Positions 1 through 10,986 of a stretch of DNA of 64,000 bases are shown here, piece after piece (within the stretch, counting starts at the first letter, position 1; each line of letters begins with the position of its first letter). Both the position numbers and the translations under genes were made by a program. A model generated the notes under the pieces. That model saw nothing but the letters and a program-made list of their open reading frames with translations, had not been told where the DNA came from and did not search any database. The stretch lies in sequence record PQ464595.1; one strand, written 5' to 3'.

Positions 1-413
1 TCTTCAGTTTCATAGTAACGGTACTTTTTATAGGTAACATGTTTTTTAGGTTCACCAATTAATAATGTTAACTGGTTTCTAACCATAGATGCCATAACCG
101 AACGAATAGAAGGATCAGTTTGTTCATCTAATGTTGAATTGAGAATTTCTGCATAATGAGCGTACTGTACTTTTCGTTGTTCATATTCAAGTTGTGATAA
201 TGAATCGTTTAACGCATCACCATAAATGTCACGAACTTCAATTTCTGTATCAGTAATTCCTAAACAATATCCTTCATTAGAACTAAGGCGTATAGTTCCA
301 TCTGGATCAATTTCGTATTGATACAAATCAAAAGATGTATTCAGCAATTCACCTAAACCAGAAAGTACTGCTATTGTAAATTCTTCATTATTAGTAACCG
401 TAGTTTCTTCCAT
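1..413 (-). CDS. hypothetical protein (runs off the window start)
   Basis: Manual translation: ATG at 413, open to position 1 (MEETTVTNNEEF...). Confidence 0.7.
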   Translation of the reverse strand, partial: MEETTVTNNEEFTIAVLSGLGELLNTSFDLYQYEIDPDGTIRLSSNEGYCLGITDTEIEVRDIYGDALNDSLSQLEYEQRKVQYAHYAEILNSTLDEQTDPSIRSVMASMVRNQLTLLIGEPKKHVTYKKYRYYETE

Positions 414-458
414 ATTGTACCTATAAAAATAGGGAGCAATTTGCTCCCTTCATAATCA

Positions 459-647
459 TTAATTAGATTGGTTTTGACTTGGGTCTACTGGAGCATCAGG
501 TTGAACAGCAGATTCGTCAGTACTTGGTGCGTCAATGCCATTAGGATCGGCAGGGATACCAACATCGAGAACTGAATTTTCAGGCTCTTTGTTGAGTGCG
601 GCAAATACTGATTTGATCCAAGACCAAATTTTACTTAATAGATTCAT
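459..647 (-). CDS. small hypothetical protein, acidic Pro-rich tail
   Basis: ORF track; GGAG SD upstream. Confidence 0.7.
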   Translation of the reverse strand: MNLLSKIWSWIKSVFAALNKEPENSVLDVGIPADPNGIDAPSTDESAVQPDAPVDPSQNQSN

Positions 648-723
648 GTAAGTACTCCTAAAATGAACAGAACTTTGTTCTGCTAATTATTTAATTCAAG
701 AGTACTTACACAGAAGGTAAATT

Positions 724-1302
724 TTATTTTCCAGTTGTAACAGTTGTAACAGGAGGCACTTGTTCCTTCTTCATATGTACATTAACTGCTGGAACACAGC
801 TTACGGATGTATCCCAAGTTACACTATTGGAAACCACGTAACAATTAGCATCCGGTTGTTCTACTTTTTTCATATAGTAAACATCTTTGCCCGAAGTACC
901 GATAATCTGAAGCTTACCAGCATTAGGAGCCAGTTGAGGTGAATCATCTTCTGATTCCTCTTGCTGAACTTCTGCTGGTTCAGGTTCTTCCGGTTTAGCT
1001 ACTGGAGTATTCTCAGAACTGGTGCTTTGAACTTCCTTTTGCTCAACAACCGGAGCTTCGTCTACTGAAGTACTAGTTGTAGTACTTGTCGTAGGTGACG
1101 CATCAGACTGTTTCTCCGTACCAGATGTGGTAGGAGTATTAACCGCTGGAGCTTTCGCTTGTTCAGGTGTTTTAGTCGGTTTATCAGCAGCAGGTGATGA
1201 TACCGGAACATCTGAAGGAAACGGTTCACAACCGGATAGCAGTACTGAAGTTGTTGCTACTACGAGTGTCATAACTATTGCTAAACGTTTCATTATATAC
1301 AT
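724..1302 (-). CDS. putative lipoprotein with Pro/Thr/Glu-rich linker
   Basis: Basic N-terminus, hydrophobic stretch, lipobox LSG-C. Confidence 0.7.
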   Translation of the reverse strand: MYIMKRLAIVMTLVVATTSVLLSGCEPFPSDVPVSSPAADKPTKTPEQAKAPAVNTPTTSGTEKQSDASPTTSTTTSTSVDEAPVVEQKEVQSTSSENTPVAKPEEPEPAEVQQEESEDDSPQLAPNAGKLQIIGTSGKDVYYMKKVEQPDANCYVVSNSVTWDTSVSCVPAVNVHMKKEQVPPVTTVTTGK

Positions 1303-1504
1303 ATACCCTGTTAGTGTTTGTAATCACCTGGTACTTCTTACATTTCACCTAAGTAGCGAGCTACAATATAGTAATCTGGAGTTTCTTCAGGTAAATCTTT
1401 ATTACATTCAGTTACAGCAGCATTGGCTTCTTCAATGGTATCAAAACCACGATGCCAAATTTCACCCCAACCACGTTCTGATTCAATATACTTAACGATG
1501 TGTT

Positions 1505-2401
1505 TCATACAATATCCTTCATAAAGTCAAACCATTTAAGATGTTTACTAAGAACACTTGTTCGTTGATCATCACTATCACGTTCAACCGCAGGTATTAT
1601 TTCTTCATCATAATTTCCGTCTTTAACTAATTCAATAAAAATTGAACCTTCATCATAACCAATGATAAGTTCTTGGTTATCATAATCGGATGGCAATTTT
1701 TTGTTCAGTTTATTTTTCATAAAACATGAAGATAAACTTAAAGCTTTTTTAAAATTTTCATATGATTTTTCACTTTTAAAATCATCACGATGAATTAATG
1801 ATTCATCGGCAACATTAAAATATCGCTGCTCAGCACCTGTTACTTTGTGTACAGGTTTATCCCAGCGACTGTACATAACTATTGTTAATTGTTTAATATC
1901 AACAACAGAGTCGTCATCTTCAAAGCTAAATCCCCACAATCCAGTGTACGGATTACGTTCAATTCGTGATACGGTATTGCATAGATTTCCACTTTTGAAT
2001 GGGTTTCCTGATTTTTTAATAACTAATGATCCTGACAAATTACAGTGTTCACGCCAAACTTGATAATCTTCTTGACGCATATATTCGCGACGATCTTCAG
2101 ATTTGGCAACAAACCATTTTGGAATGTCATATGAATTATAATTACGAATAACATCAGCGTAATATACTTCATCACAATCAAAAGTTGGAGTAATTAAAAT
2201 ATCAACTTCTGCTGGAATCTTATCAAGTTTCCCTTCATAATGCATCCAACGTGCTACTTCAGAACCTTCATGGAACACCTCACCGTTCTCTTTACCCATT
2301 TCATAATCTGTCGCAATGATTTCCAGCATTTTGCTGGTTAACATACGAGAAGAAGGGCTGATACAGATAAGAACAGAACGCATAGGCTTGATAGTTGGCA
2401 T
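1505..2401 (-). CDS. hypothetical protein
   Basis: 298-aa ORF on the coding strand; no family recognised. Confidence 0.75.
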   Translation of the reverse strand: MPTIKPMRSVLICISPSSRMLTSKMLEIIATDYEMGKENGEVFHEGSEVARWMHYEGKLDKIPAEVDILITPTFDCDEVYYADVIRNYNSYDIPKWFVAKSEDRREYMRQEDYQVWREHCNLSGSLVIKKSGNPFKSGNLCNTVSRIERNPYTGLWGFSFEDDDSVVDIKQLTIVMYSRWDKPVHKVTGAEQRYFNVADESLIHRDDFKSEKSYENFKKALSLSSCFMKNKLNKKLPSDYDNQELIIGYDEGSIFIELVKDGNYDEEIIPAVERDSDDQRTSVLSKHLKWFDFMKDIV

Positions 2402-2422
2402 GATATTCTCTCTTTATTAAAA

Positions 2423-2505
2423 GTTGAGTATAATAGGGGTTTCACCTACACTGACGACCAGCATTACCTGTTAAAATCGCTGCTCTATAATTAAGCTATA
2501 TACTC
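2423..2505 (-). ncRNA. tRNA-like RNA with 17-nt expanded anticodon loop and atypical T loop
   Basis: Acceptor GAGTATA/TATACTC, D arm GCTT..GAGC, stem GCGAT/GTCGT, T-like arm with TGAAAC loop. Confidence 0.6.
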
Positions 2506-2510
2506 TAAAT

Positions 2511-2598
2511 TGGTGGTACGGGTAGGATTCGAACCTACGTAGCCCTTTAGGACGCCTGATTTACAGTCAGGTGGTTTTAGCCACTCACCCACCATACC
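2511..2598 (-). tRNA. tRNA-Tyr(GTA)
   Basis: Full cloverleaf, loop CTGTAAA, long variable arm, CCA. Confidence 0.95.
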
Positions 2599-3284
2599 AG
2601 TTATATGATAGTACTACATCGTGTCAGTACTATCAAGTTTTTTCGTTAAAAGTCTGGATGTTCATCTTTCATTTAACGTACTCCACGTGGTTTACAGAAT
2701 AGCAGTACTCATGATCGTAATAAGAACTACCGAACGCACCTTTAAGAATTTGAATATTGTTCTTTAAACAATATTCTTCGAACACGCTAATGTTCGCAAA
2801 TACTTTAAACGGTACTTTATGAGAACTATCTTCATAGCGATGATAGTAATCAACTGCTACTACTTGAGTCGTCATGTTTACGCTCCGCTTCAGATTTTCG
2901 AATATGCTCTATCGCATCTTTAAACCGATTATACATGGCTGGATTGTTCAAGTCAAGCCCATTGTTAGCTGAGTTTTCACCCATACATGCGTGAATCCCT
3001 TCGCAGCCACAATGAGGGCATTTGCCAAGCTTTACCATATTCGTTTGCCGATTAGGAACGCACCTGAAATGATAGTCATCGCAATCGCAGTTACCCATGC
3101 CGCAAATTTTACCACACCTAATACAAAGAATCCAAAGGTCATTGCTGCTGGCCCGATTGTAAATAGCTGCCAAAGAGCAACAAGAACCGCACCGGTACAC
3201 AATGAACCGAAGAATACTTGTACTGTTGTTATGATAAATGCGACAATCGCAAAGAACACAACACCAATAGAATCTTTCATGATT

Positions 3285-4249
3285 TTACCTTATTTTAGTT
3301 TTCCTGAATCCTTGAACTCCTTCGAGTTTGTTGATCTCACGAACAACTTCTTCTACTGAGTCGAAGATTCGGGATTTATTACCACTGTACATCACTTCAC
3401 CATTTTTAGTGATACAGTATCCCCAGCCACCAGAACCATGTTCACGAGAAACCCCATAAGGACTCGGTGGTAATGCAGCTTCAGGGTTGACTACCTGGTT
3501 GAATAACCGTGCGGAAGTCTTTTTATTCATTACGTAAACAATACAAATGGTAATAAACGCAATGAGACAACAGAATAGCAATACTTGAATATCACTCATG
3601 ATATTAATCCAATGTTGTTACACGAACACGATCAAGTTTTTCATAAACATTCATCTGGTTTAAAGCGGATTTTAAATCCAGATAAACATCAAAAGCACCT
3701 TGAGTTCCGGCAATATTGATATACTTATCATTTTTCAAAATAGTATACCCGTATTGACCATTATTACTTTTAGCACGTTTTAGTGTATATGGGCTTTCTG
3801 GTAAATCAGATTCTGGATTATCATGAACCCGTACCGTTTTTATATAAATGTCTGCGGCAATTCGCTTCACATTAAAATAAGTGAGACAAGCAGCACAGAA
3901 CATAACGATTGCGGCAATTAATAGAGGATGCATATTACACCACCTTAGTATGTGTATAACCTTCCAACTGCTCTAGCTCATTCAGTGATGTTTGAGCTTC
4001 TTTCGCAGTACTGAAACGCCGATCCACATGCATTGTATTACCTTTATAGATGTAATACAGGTCTTTGTTTTGATATGTATTCCAGTATCGTGCGATACGA
4101 TACGGAGACTGTTTGAGTTCACCAGGTTTAGGTTCTTCTACTAAACGAACATAAAGAATACTGGCAATCCTAAGATAGCCAAAGTACGAAAGCATCGCAG
4201 CCAACAAAAGCATAGTAGATACGATAAGCAAAACAATATTAGTCGTCAT
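3285..4249 (-). CDS. three tandem paralogous membrane-anchored proteins (3935-4249, 3604-3933, 3285-3599)
   Basis: Each 104-109 aa, N-terminal TM helix, shared SPY motif and A..(S/E)(L/I)N..E.(L) tail. Confidence 0.75.
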
Positions 4250-4554
4250 ATTATGCTTTCCCGTTCAGTACTGAACAATACCACTGAAGTAATTCAAGGT
4301 ACGCTTGTTCTTCGTAATTACGTTCTTTGATAGAACGCATCGCTCGCATATCATCAATGATCCATTGTTCCGGTTTCATCTTCATCGTCCTCTATAGGTG
4401 AATCCAAATCAACTTCAACACCAGCAGTGAGTTCTTTAATGTGATTCCACATTTCAGTACTGACTGGTACGAGGTTTTCAGGATGTTCATCAATATCTTT
4501 GGATAAAAAATCCAAGAATTTTTCTTCGGTGCTTTTCATATGTACCTTAAAAGT

Positions 4555-4631
4555 TAGTACCCCGTCCGAGACTCGAACTCGGAACCTTCCGATTAAAAGT
4601 CGGATATTCTAACCAATTGAATTAACGAGGC
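4555..4631 (-). tRNA. tRNA-Lys(TTT)
   Basis: Cloverleaf, loop CTTTTAA; 3' end A-CTA. Confidence 0.95.
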
Positions 4632-5326
4632 ATTGAAAAGGCAATTACTTGCCTTTATTTTCGTCCAATTTCTTGAACATATCCAGAAGTTTATCTGCTT
4701 TTTCATCAACAGTACCTTCTAGATGGATAGTCTTAGCGTTTAGATTCAATAACGCAGCAACTTGTTCAGGATCAACATTATCGAATTCGTCAATAATGAT
4801 AACACCTTTAGGGTCGCCGTGAATTGTTCCACGTTGAATGAAATCATCATCAACATTCATTGACTGCTCAATGAAGTCTTCAAGACCTTTATTCTTTTGT
4901 GGTTCCATCTTTACCATCCTGAGTGAGTGTTTTAACTCGACTTGTTCCTAACTTCTTTCCGCAATCCTTACAGATGCGTTGATATTCAAGTACTGTAAGA
5001 TTCGGTTTATAATGAATTTTACAAACTTCCATACTGACATAATGCCCACAAAATAGCTGTTTGAAAAAGTTCATTATTAATTAAGGCTCAAGTATATCCA
5101 TAATTTCATCTGGATATTCATAGCTACATGCTACGATACCATTGATAACTTCACCATTTTCAGGATCAACTAAGTTACCATTGAATAATTGGAATTCTTC
5201 TTCTGGTTCAGAACCAGAAATATCTTTTACTTCATAACCTGCCATTCTAGCAAGTTGTTCGATTTGTTTACGATTGAGAATCATAACTTTCCTTATTAGG
5301 GGAACCGGAGTTCCCCACGTAGACGA

Positions 5327-5794
5327 TTATTCCGCGTCTTTAGATTCCTTTACAGGAGCATTCAGATGTTGATGAATGGCATCCTGTACGGACATACCTT
5401 GATAGCGACGCTTGCCTACATACACGTCATGGGTAACATAACTGGCTGGCTCACCAGTACTGGTTTCCCAATTCAACGGTGTTGGAACTAAACGTACACC
5501 ATTGGTAATGATGAAGTCCAGAATCGCAGCAGGGTTTAGCTGTTGGGAAGCAGTTGACATGTCAAAGATTTTCGCTTCGTAGATTTCAGTTTTCTCTACG
5601 CTTTTACAGTAACACTGGAAAGTAACTTCACCTTCAGCATTACGAGTCGTTGTAGTTTGTGCCGCCAGAATAGCAGAGACTTGTTCAGTCGCTTCTTTCT
5701 GAGAGGCCGAGAGAATCGTAACGGGCGTGTCTTCCACACGATTCTCAAGAGGCCACAGACTTACTAAGTTGATAGTACTTTTAATCTTGCTCAT
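5327..5794 (-). CDS. hypothetical protein
   Basis: 155-aa ORF downstream of the sigma70-like promoter at 5826-5855. Confidence 0.75.
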   Translation of the reverse strand: MSKIKSTINLVSLWPLENRVEDTPVTILSASQKEATEQVSAILAAQTTTTRNAEGEVTFQCYCKSVEKTEIYEAKIFDMSTASQQLNPAAILDFIITNGVRLVPTPLNWETSTGEPASYVTHDVYVGKRRYQGMSVQDAIHQHLNAPVKESKDAE

Positions 5795-5825
5795 TTCCGG
5801 TTTCCCATTCTGATTTAAGGATAAT

Positions 5826-5855
5826 AGTGTAACACACAGGCAAAGCCCTCGTCAA
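5826..5855 (-). promoter_or_regulatory. sigma70-like promoter
   Basis: TTGACG-N18-TACACT. Confidence 0.6.
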
Positions 5856-5863
5856 GTACTTTT

Positions 5864-5940
5864 TGGTGGGACGGGCGAGATTCGAACTCGCGACCACTAC
5901 ATTTTCAGTGTAGCACTCTGACCAACTGAGTTACCGACCC
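5864..5940 (-). tRNA. tRNA-Phe(GAA)
   Basis: Cloverleaf, loop CTGAAAA, CCA. Confidence 0.95.
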
Positions 5941-5977
5941 ATAGTAGCACAATTTTAAACGTTGTGCAACCGTTTTG

Positions 5978-6052
5978 TGTGGCTGGCGAGACTCGAACTC
6001 GCGTCATCTGCGTCACAAGCAGGAACGTTAACCAACTACGCTCACAACCACC
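5978..6052 (-). tRNA. tRNA-His(GTG)
   Basis: Cloverleaf, loop TTGTGAC, G-1 present; discriminator A, no encoded CCA. Confidence 0.85.
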
Positions 6053-6770
6053 ACTGACTTATTCGATTATTTCAGCATATGGCAAGAACGGATGTTCAGT
6101 ACCATCATCTAAATGATGTGCTTCTTTTTCAGTACTTCCCCAATCGTAAAGGAACATACCATCAACCCACATTGCTCGTTCAACAGTACCGAATACTTTA
6201 TACCAACGAGCTTGTTTCATTTGATGCTTAGGTATTACTCGGAAAGTAGTATCTTCAGCAATTGGTTCAAATACATCATGAACATTATCATCTTCTGGAT
6301 GCTTAATAGTCATGTTGTGTTCATCACCGTACCATTCAGTTTGTACGAAATGGAATTTGTATCCATCCCATACAGCTTCAGTAGTACTTCTAGATTTTCC
6401 GATATACTTTACACCAGGAACTAAATGACTTTTAGGAATCATTTCTTCTTAGCCTTATGCTTAGCGATATTGTTTTGAATATCGTTATAGTAAAGTACTT
6501 TACCACGTGGACCACCATCTTGATTATGACGTTTACGTGCTGAGCTAGTATGTTGATTACCAGCACCAAGTTTATCACACCAACGCATCATCTCACGACA
6601 TATCCATCCAATATCTGAACGGAGTTCACAAGCCATTTCATCACTGAATTTACCATTAACAAATAGTCTTGCATGCCATTGATTCTTAATCTTAGTTACT
6701 TTAATGTCTGTTTCTGATTCAGTACTTAAAAGCATTTGTCGATTACGTTTCATCTTGGTTCCTTAATATT

Positions 6771-6847
6771 TGTCTGCGTGAGAGGATTCGAACCTCTGAC
6801 CCGATGCATCCAAAGCACCCACTCTGACCAGGCTGAGCTACACACAG
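6771..6847 (-). tRNA. tRNA-Pro(TGG)
   Basis: Cloverleaf, loop TTTGGAT, C1-G72, A73. Confidence 0.95.
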
Positions 6848-6855
6848 AATTTGTT

Positions 6856-6931
6856 TGTCCTTGTTACAAGATTCGAACTTGTGACTTCCACCGTGTAAAG
6901 ATGGCACTCTAACCAACTGAGTTAAACAAGG
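6856..6931 (-). tRNA. tRNA-Val(TAC)
   Basis: Cloverleaf, loop TTTACAC. Confidence 0.93.
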
Positions 6932-6933
6932 TT

Positions 6934-7009
6934 TGTCCGTGTGGAAGGATTTGAACCTTCGACCCCTCCGCCCCAAACGGAGTACTCTACCAAACTGAGC
7001 CACACACGG
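6934..7009 (-). tRNA. tRNA-Pro(TGG), second copy
   Basis: Cloverleaf, loop TTTGGGG. Confidence 0.93.
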
Positions 7010-7026
7010 AATGTGTTACTAAGAAC

Positions 7027-7055
7027 ATTATACCACATTTTTTGATGCCGTTTCA
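7027..7055 (-). promoter_or_regulatory. TGAAACG-class promoter
   Basis: TGAAACG-N16-TATAAT, with TGG immediately before the -10; same spacing at 8 other sites. Confidence 0.75.
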
Positions 7056-7073
7056 TGTTCTTAGTGTGATTTT

Positions 7074-7508
7074 TTAAGCTGTTTCTTCAGCTTCTTCTTC
7101 AGTACCGTACAACTCATTAAGTTTAGCAAGGTACTTAATATAGCGGTGTTCTAAGAATCCCAAATCATATTGAGTACTAATCTGGAACATCCACTCTGGA
7201 GTAATATCATAATTGATATTGAACTCATATTCAGAACCCCAATTGGATTCCGTCAGGTTTTTCTTTTCTCTGTAATGGCGACCAACCCAAACACTCATAT
7301 GTTCTGGATGACAAGTCACAATAGTTCTTGAATCATCCTGGTGTACAGTAATAGCCAACTGGTCTATCATATTTGCTTCAATAGATAGTGTATTACCTTG
7401 AAATAGTACTGCTTTCTTGACGAACAAGAAGTCATATATAGTACTTCTGTCCAGTTCATTTACTTCAGTATAGACTTTAAATTTCTGTACTAATGTCTTT
7501 GCTGCCAT
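7074..7508 (-). CDS. hypothetical protein, EEWxFQxST paralog family
   Basis: C-terminal ITPEWMFQISTQ motif. Confidence 0.7.
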   Translation of the reverse strand: MAAKTLVQKFKVYTEVNELDRSTIYDFLFVKKAVLFQGNTLSIEANMIDQLAITVHQDDSRTIVTCHPEHMSVWVGRHYREKKNLTESNWGSEYEFNINYDITPEWMFQISTQYDLGFLEHRYIKYLAKLNELYGTEEEAEETA

Positions 7509-7538
7509 TTACTGCTCCAATAAAAAAGGAGAGCACCC

Positions 7539-7907
7539 TTATGGGAACTCTCCTATTAGAAATTCATAGATTTGTTTAAGTAGCATGATTTCATCGAATG
7601 TTAGATCGTAATAATCATGTACAGTACTTTGCTGAAAGAATGATTCTTCTGAATGTACTTTATCTATGTATCGGGGAGTTCCGTCGAAATACACATATAG
7701 TGTGTTAAAACAAAACCCCGTATCATGGATATAAGCGTACTTTCGGAAGTACTCATATGTGAAGTACGATGTACAGTACTCAATGCCTACTTTCTGACAT
7801 ATTTCAAGTACGTAATGTATCTTCGTCCATTGTTCGGAGGAAGGAAAATCTCTTTTATCAGGATAATCCTTCCAACTTTCATCATGCATTCTCTTTCTCG
7901 GTAGCAA
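7539..7907 (-). CDS. hypothetical protein, EEWxFQxST paralog family
   Basis: C-terminal SEESFFQQSTVH motif. Confidence 0.65.
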   Translation of the reverse strand: MLPRKRMHDESWKDYPDKRDFPSSEQWTKIHYVLEICQKVGIEYCTSYFTYEYFRKYAYIHDTGFCFNTLYVYFDGTPRYIDKVHSEESFFQQSTVHDYYDLTFDEIMLLKQIYEFLIGEFP

Positions 7908-8119
7908 TCATTTCTAAGTGCTTACGAATCCAACGCATGAAGAACGTGGCTTTGTCTTCATTTTTAAATTCTGCGTTACCAGTATCAGCTACGGGAACGG
8001 GGAACATAAAGCCACATTCAGTAGTATACCATAACTCATTTTCTTTATAATGGCTAAAATAGACTTTTTTGTCTTTAACCATAGATACCAATGTTTTCAT
8101 TTCGTTTAATCCTTAGATT

Positions 8120-8198
8120 TAGTGTTCATGGCAGGACTCGAACCTGCGACCCTTTGTTTCGTAGACAAATGCTCTAATTCCAACTGAGCTACACAAAC
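8120..8198 (-). tRNA. tRNA-Arg(ACG)
   Basis: Cloverleaf, loop CTACGAA; 3' A-CTA. Confidence 0.93.
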
Positions 8199-8215
8199 AT
8201 TTTATATTTAATTTA

Positions 8216-8440
8216 ATAGCCCTTCAGGGCTATTCGGTAAAGCGGTACTTTGTTATAGATCGTATCGTTAGACATTGGTTTCTATAACCATACCCATTTG
8301 CTTCTTATCGGTGTACTTTCGTACTCAACACCCTTTCGGGTCTGCCCGTCCTAGAACGGGGGCTTGACGTTTTACAGTACTGGACTAACCTTTTTAAAGG
8401 AAACGGAGGGCGATATTTCTATCCAAGTAACCCCTCTTTT
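8216..8440 (-). ncRNA. candidate multi-hairpin structured RNA (~220 nt)
   Basis: ORF-free; hairpins CCCGTT/GACGGG, ACCC-GAAA-GGGT, GTAC-GAAA-GTAC, GGTT/AACC, terminal AATAGCCC/GGGCTATT. Confidence 0.55.
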
Positions 8441-9106
8441 TTTTATTTATACAATTTCGGTTATTTCAATGTAATCGGAATGACTAATAGTACCCATTAC
8501 CTGATATTTCTTTCCATTGTACAAATAGACTTCATCCCAAAGATGAAGCGAAGAACCTGATGAAATCATTTCACCGTGTTCTTGTAACTCTTGATACGAT
8601 ACCATTTATTTAGTCTCAAAGGTATCAGTACTTTTCAGTACACAACTATGAGTCATCAAACCGAAATCGCCATATTGAGTTGTTACCTTATTACGGCACT
8701 CTTTCTCAATGAGATGGTTCAGTACTGCTTGATTGTCGGCTGTCAGTACTACAGTGTCTTCACGAGAAGATTCACCATCGTATGAATACCAAGTATGTTC
8801 AAAAATTAATACTGCTTTATGCATTCTTATTTCCACACATTAAACCTACACTTTGTTCTAAGCGTATGTCTTCTGCTAATTGTTCAGGTGTTCGTTGCCA
8901 GCGTTTTGCTTCTTCTGGATCATGTGAAAGGTCTGCTATAATCCTAGCTTCCGACCTTCGAGTATACTTACTCTTAGTAACCAGAAGAATATGTTTTTTA
9001 ATCATATGTTTAAACTTTGGCGTTTGACAATGTTCAGGCATAGTAGCCATTACAGTATCAAAGATACGCTTCTTAGCTTTCTTGTTCATATTGTACCTTT
9101 TTAATT

Positions 9107-9180
9107 TGCGGAACCAGCGGGAATCGAACCCGCCCCACTCCCGTGACAGGGGAGTATCCTAACCGATAAACGATGGCTCC
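9107..9180 (-). tRNA. tRNA-Asp(GTC)
   Basis: Cloverleaf, loop CTGTCAC, G73. Confidence 0.95.
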
Positions 9181-9397
9181 AACAGATATTATAACCTGTT
9201 CATGGCAATAATATCAAAATATGTTTCTGGCATTTTATGTAGTTCTTTTAAGATATTCTGAACTTCATAAATGTCATCTAACTCTTTATCAGTACTGATA
9301 ATATGTGAATCAGTTTCTTCAGTATGCCCTGAACCTTCTGAATCCCAGCTTACATGACGATAATAAGTGTACTGATAGCGTACAAAGTACTTGAACA

Positions 9398-9907
9398 TCA
9401 TTTCCCCTTAAACACGTCACGTGTTGCGTCGCGTTCGTCGTTTACTACGATGTGTGTCTTTGTAGCCATTACACCCTGAATATAACCTAACCAACGATGT
9501 TTCTTTGTTTCAGACATATCGGGGTTAGACAATTCAGTTAACATCCACGCTAAGTGACTATCAGTAAGTGCTTCATTTGAATTTTCAATTGGAGCACAAT
9601 TTAACAGGTCAAAGTAACGTTGACGCAATTCAGGATAAAAGTCACCATGAATTGGTTTACTTTCTTCCTTTACTTTTTTTAATACATCAATCGCAACCAG
9701 AACTGAATTGGAGTACAAAGAAGTATCTAAACTATCTAATGTACCATTCAAGTACTGTTCAATTACAAATTTAGCACCGCTATGAATCTGTAATTTATCA
9801 CGCTTCAGTAAGTCTATAATGCGTTCTTTATCTCGAATGAGTATATCGAACGCAATTCGTGCTTGAGAAATCTCCGATGAATTCATATTACCCGCCGAAG
9901 CGTTCAT
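9398..9907 (-). CDS. hypothetical protein
   Basis: 169-aa ORF on the coding strand. Confidence 0.7.
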   Translation of the reverse strand: MNASAGNMNSSEISQARIAFDILIRDKERIIDLLKRDKLQIHSGAKFVIEQYLNGTLDSLDTSLYSNSVLVAIDVLKKVKEESKPIHGDFYPELRQRYFDLLNCAPIENSNEALTDSHLAWMLTELSNPDMSETKKHRWLGYIQGVMATKTHIVVNDERDATRDVFKGK

Positions 9908-10168
9908 TCAGACGACGCATAACTTCGTCGATGAATTCTACTGCTTTTTCTGGTGGTAAATTTTCAGGCAGTGTCATACGAAACATACCTTCATCTTCAC
10001 CAGCATCAATCATCTTCTGAACGATTTCTTCAATTTGATTGGTGAAATCGTCAATTGATACAGGTTTAATACCAGCTTTCGCTTGTTCCATTTTCTGTAC
10101 TTCTTTGAAGTACGCGAAGTGCATAAACTCACGTGCCATATCAGTGTTCCTCAGTTGAGAATAAAGAC

Positions 10169-10229
10169 TAGAATCTATTTTCTGTTTTTTCGATAAAAGT
10201 GAATAGAGTGTGGTTGCTGTTAGATTCTA
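10169..10229 (-). ncRNA. CAGCAA module E1 (free hairpin)
   Basis: TAGAATCTA-ACAGCAA-(variable)-AAACAGAAAA-TAGATTCTA. Confidence 0.75.
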
Positions 10230-10235
10230 AAATTG

Positions 10236-10562
10236 TTATTTGGTCTTAAGTTCTGCTACTACAGCAGCAACTAAGTCCGGTGTAAAATCAATGCCGAAAA
10301 CTTCGGAATAATGTTTTACTGTACCTTCATAACCATGACGCTTGTCATTCAAGCGGTAACGCAATTCAAGAATCGCATTGTCAAAGTTAAACCAAGGATT
10401 GTTTTGACTCGCATGTAAGCGACCCCAATCAGTCAATGGTACGAAACCTTCATCAGCAGACTTACCCCGAAGAATATTATAGATAATATGCTCGTGTACA
10501 GTGTGCTCTTTCTCAAGTTTCCAGGTTGTTGTTACAGTAATGAATTGTTCTTTGGTCAACAT
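10236..10562 (-). CDS. hypothetical protein
   Basis: 108-aa ORF with SD. Confidence 0.7.
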   Translation of the reverse strand: MLTKEQFITVTTTWKLEKEHTVHEHIIYNILRGKSADEGFVPLTDWGRLHASQNNPWFNFDNAILELRYRLNDKRHGYEGTVKHYSEVFGIDFTPDLVAAVVAELKTK

Positions 10563-10682
10563 AGTATGTTCCTTTTGGATAGTAATTAATTTAGTGTTTT
10601 GTTCTGAATTAACTTTATCCGGTGGACCAGTACTGAATTTCTATAGCATCATAGGATTTACCTTTTTGTTTGTTTACTTAAT

Positions 10683-10758
10683 TAGAGCGAGTAATCGGAT
10701 TCGAACCGATGTGACCGACTTGGAAGGACAGCATATTAAGCCTCTATATGATACTCGC
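10683..10758 (-). tRNA. tRNA-Gly(TCC)
   Basis: Cloverleaf, loop CTTCCAA, U73; 3' CTA. Confidence 0.9.
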
Positions 10759-10761
10759 AGG

Positions 10762-10895
10762 TTGTACTGCCGCTCTCAGTACTGTACATACTTGTTCTTT
10801 ACGAACTGACCTGTACAGGTGCTACGCGGTTCCCGTCATATAATTTTACAAGCTGGGGGAATCATACAAGCTTGTTTCACACAGGAAGTGAATGA
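10762..10895 (-). ncRNA. candidate pseudoknotted RNA between tRNA-Gln and tRNA-Gly
   Basis: Hairpins TTCAC/GTGAA, ACAAGCT/AGCTTGT (loop TTCCC can pair with downstream GGGAA), TGTAC/GTACA, GTACTG/CAGTAC. Confidence 0.5.
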
Positions 10896-10906
10896 AATCT
10901 TTAAAT

Positions 10907-10982
10907 TAGCAGGCCCACAAGGACTCGAACCCTGAACGCGAGAATCAAAATCTCGTGTGTTAACCAATTACACCATGAGCCT
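10907..10982 (-). tRNA. tRNA-Gln(TTG)
   Basis: Cloverleaf, loop TTTTGAT, G73; 3' CTA. Confidence 0.92.
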
Positions 10983-10986
10983 AATC

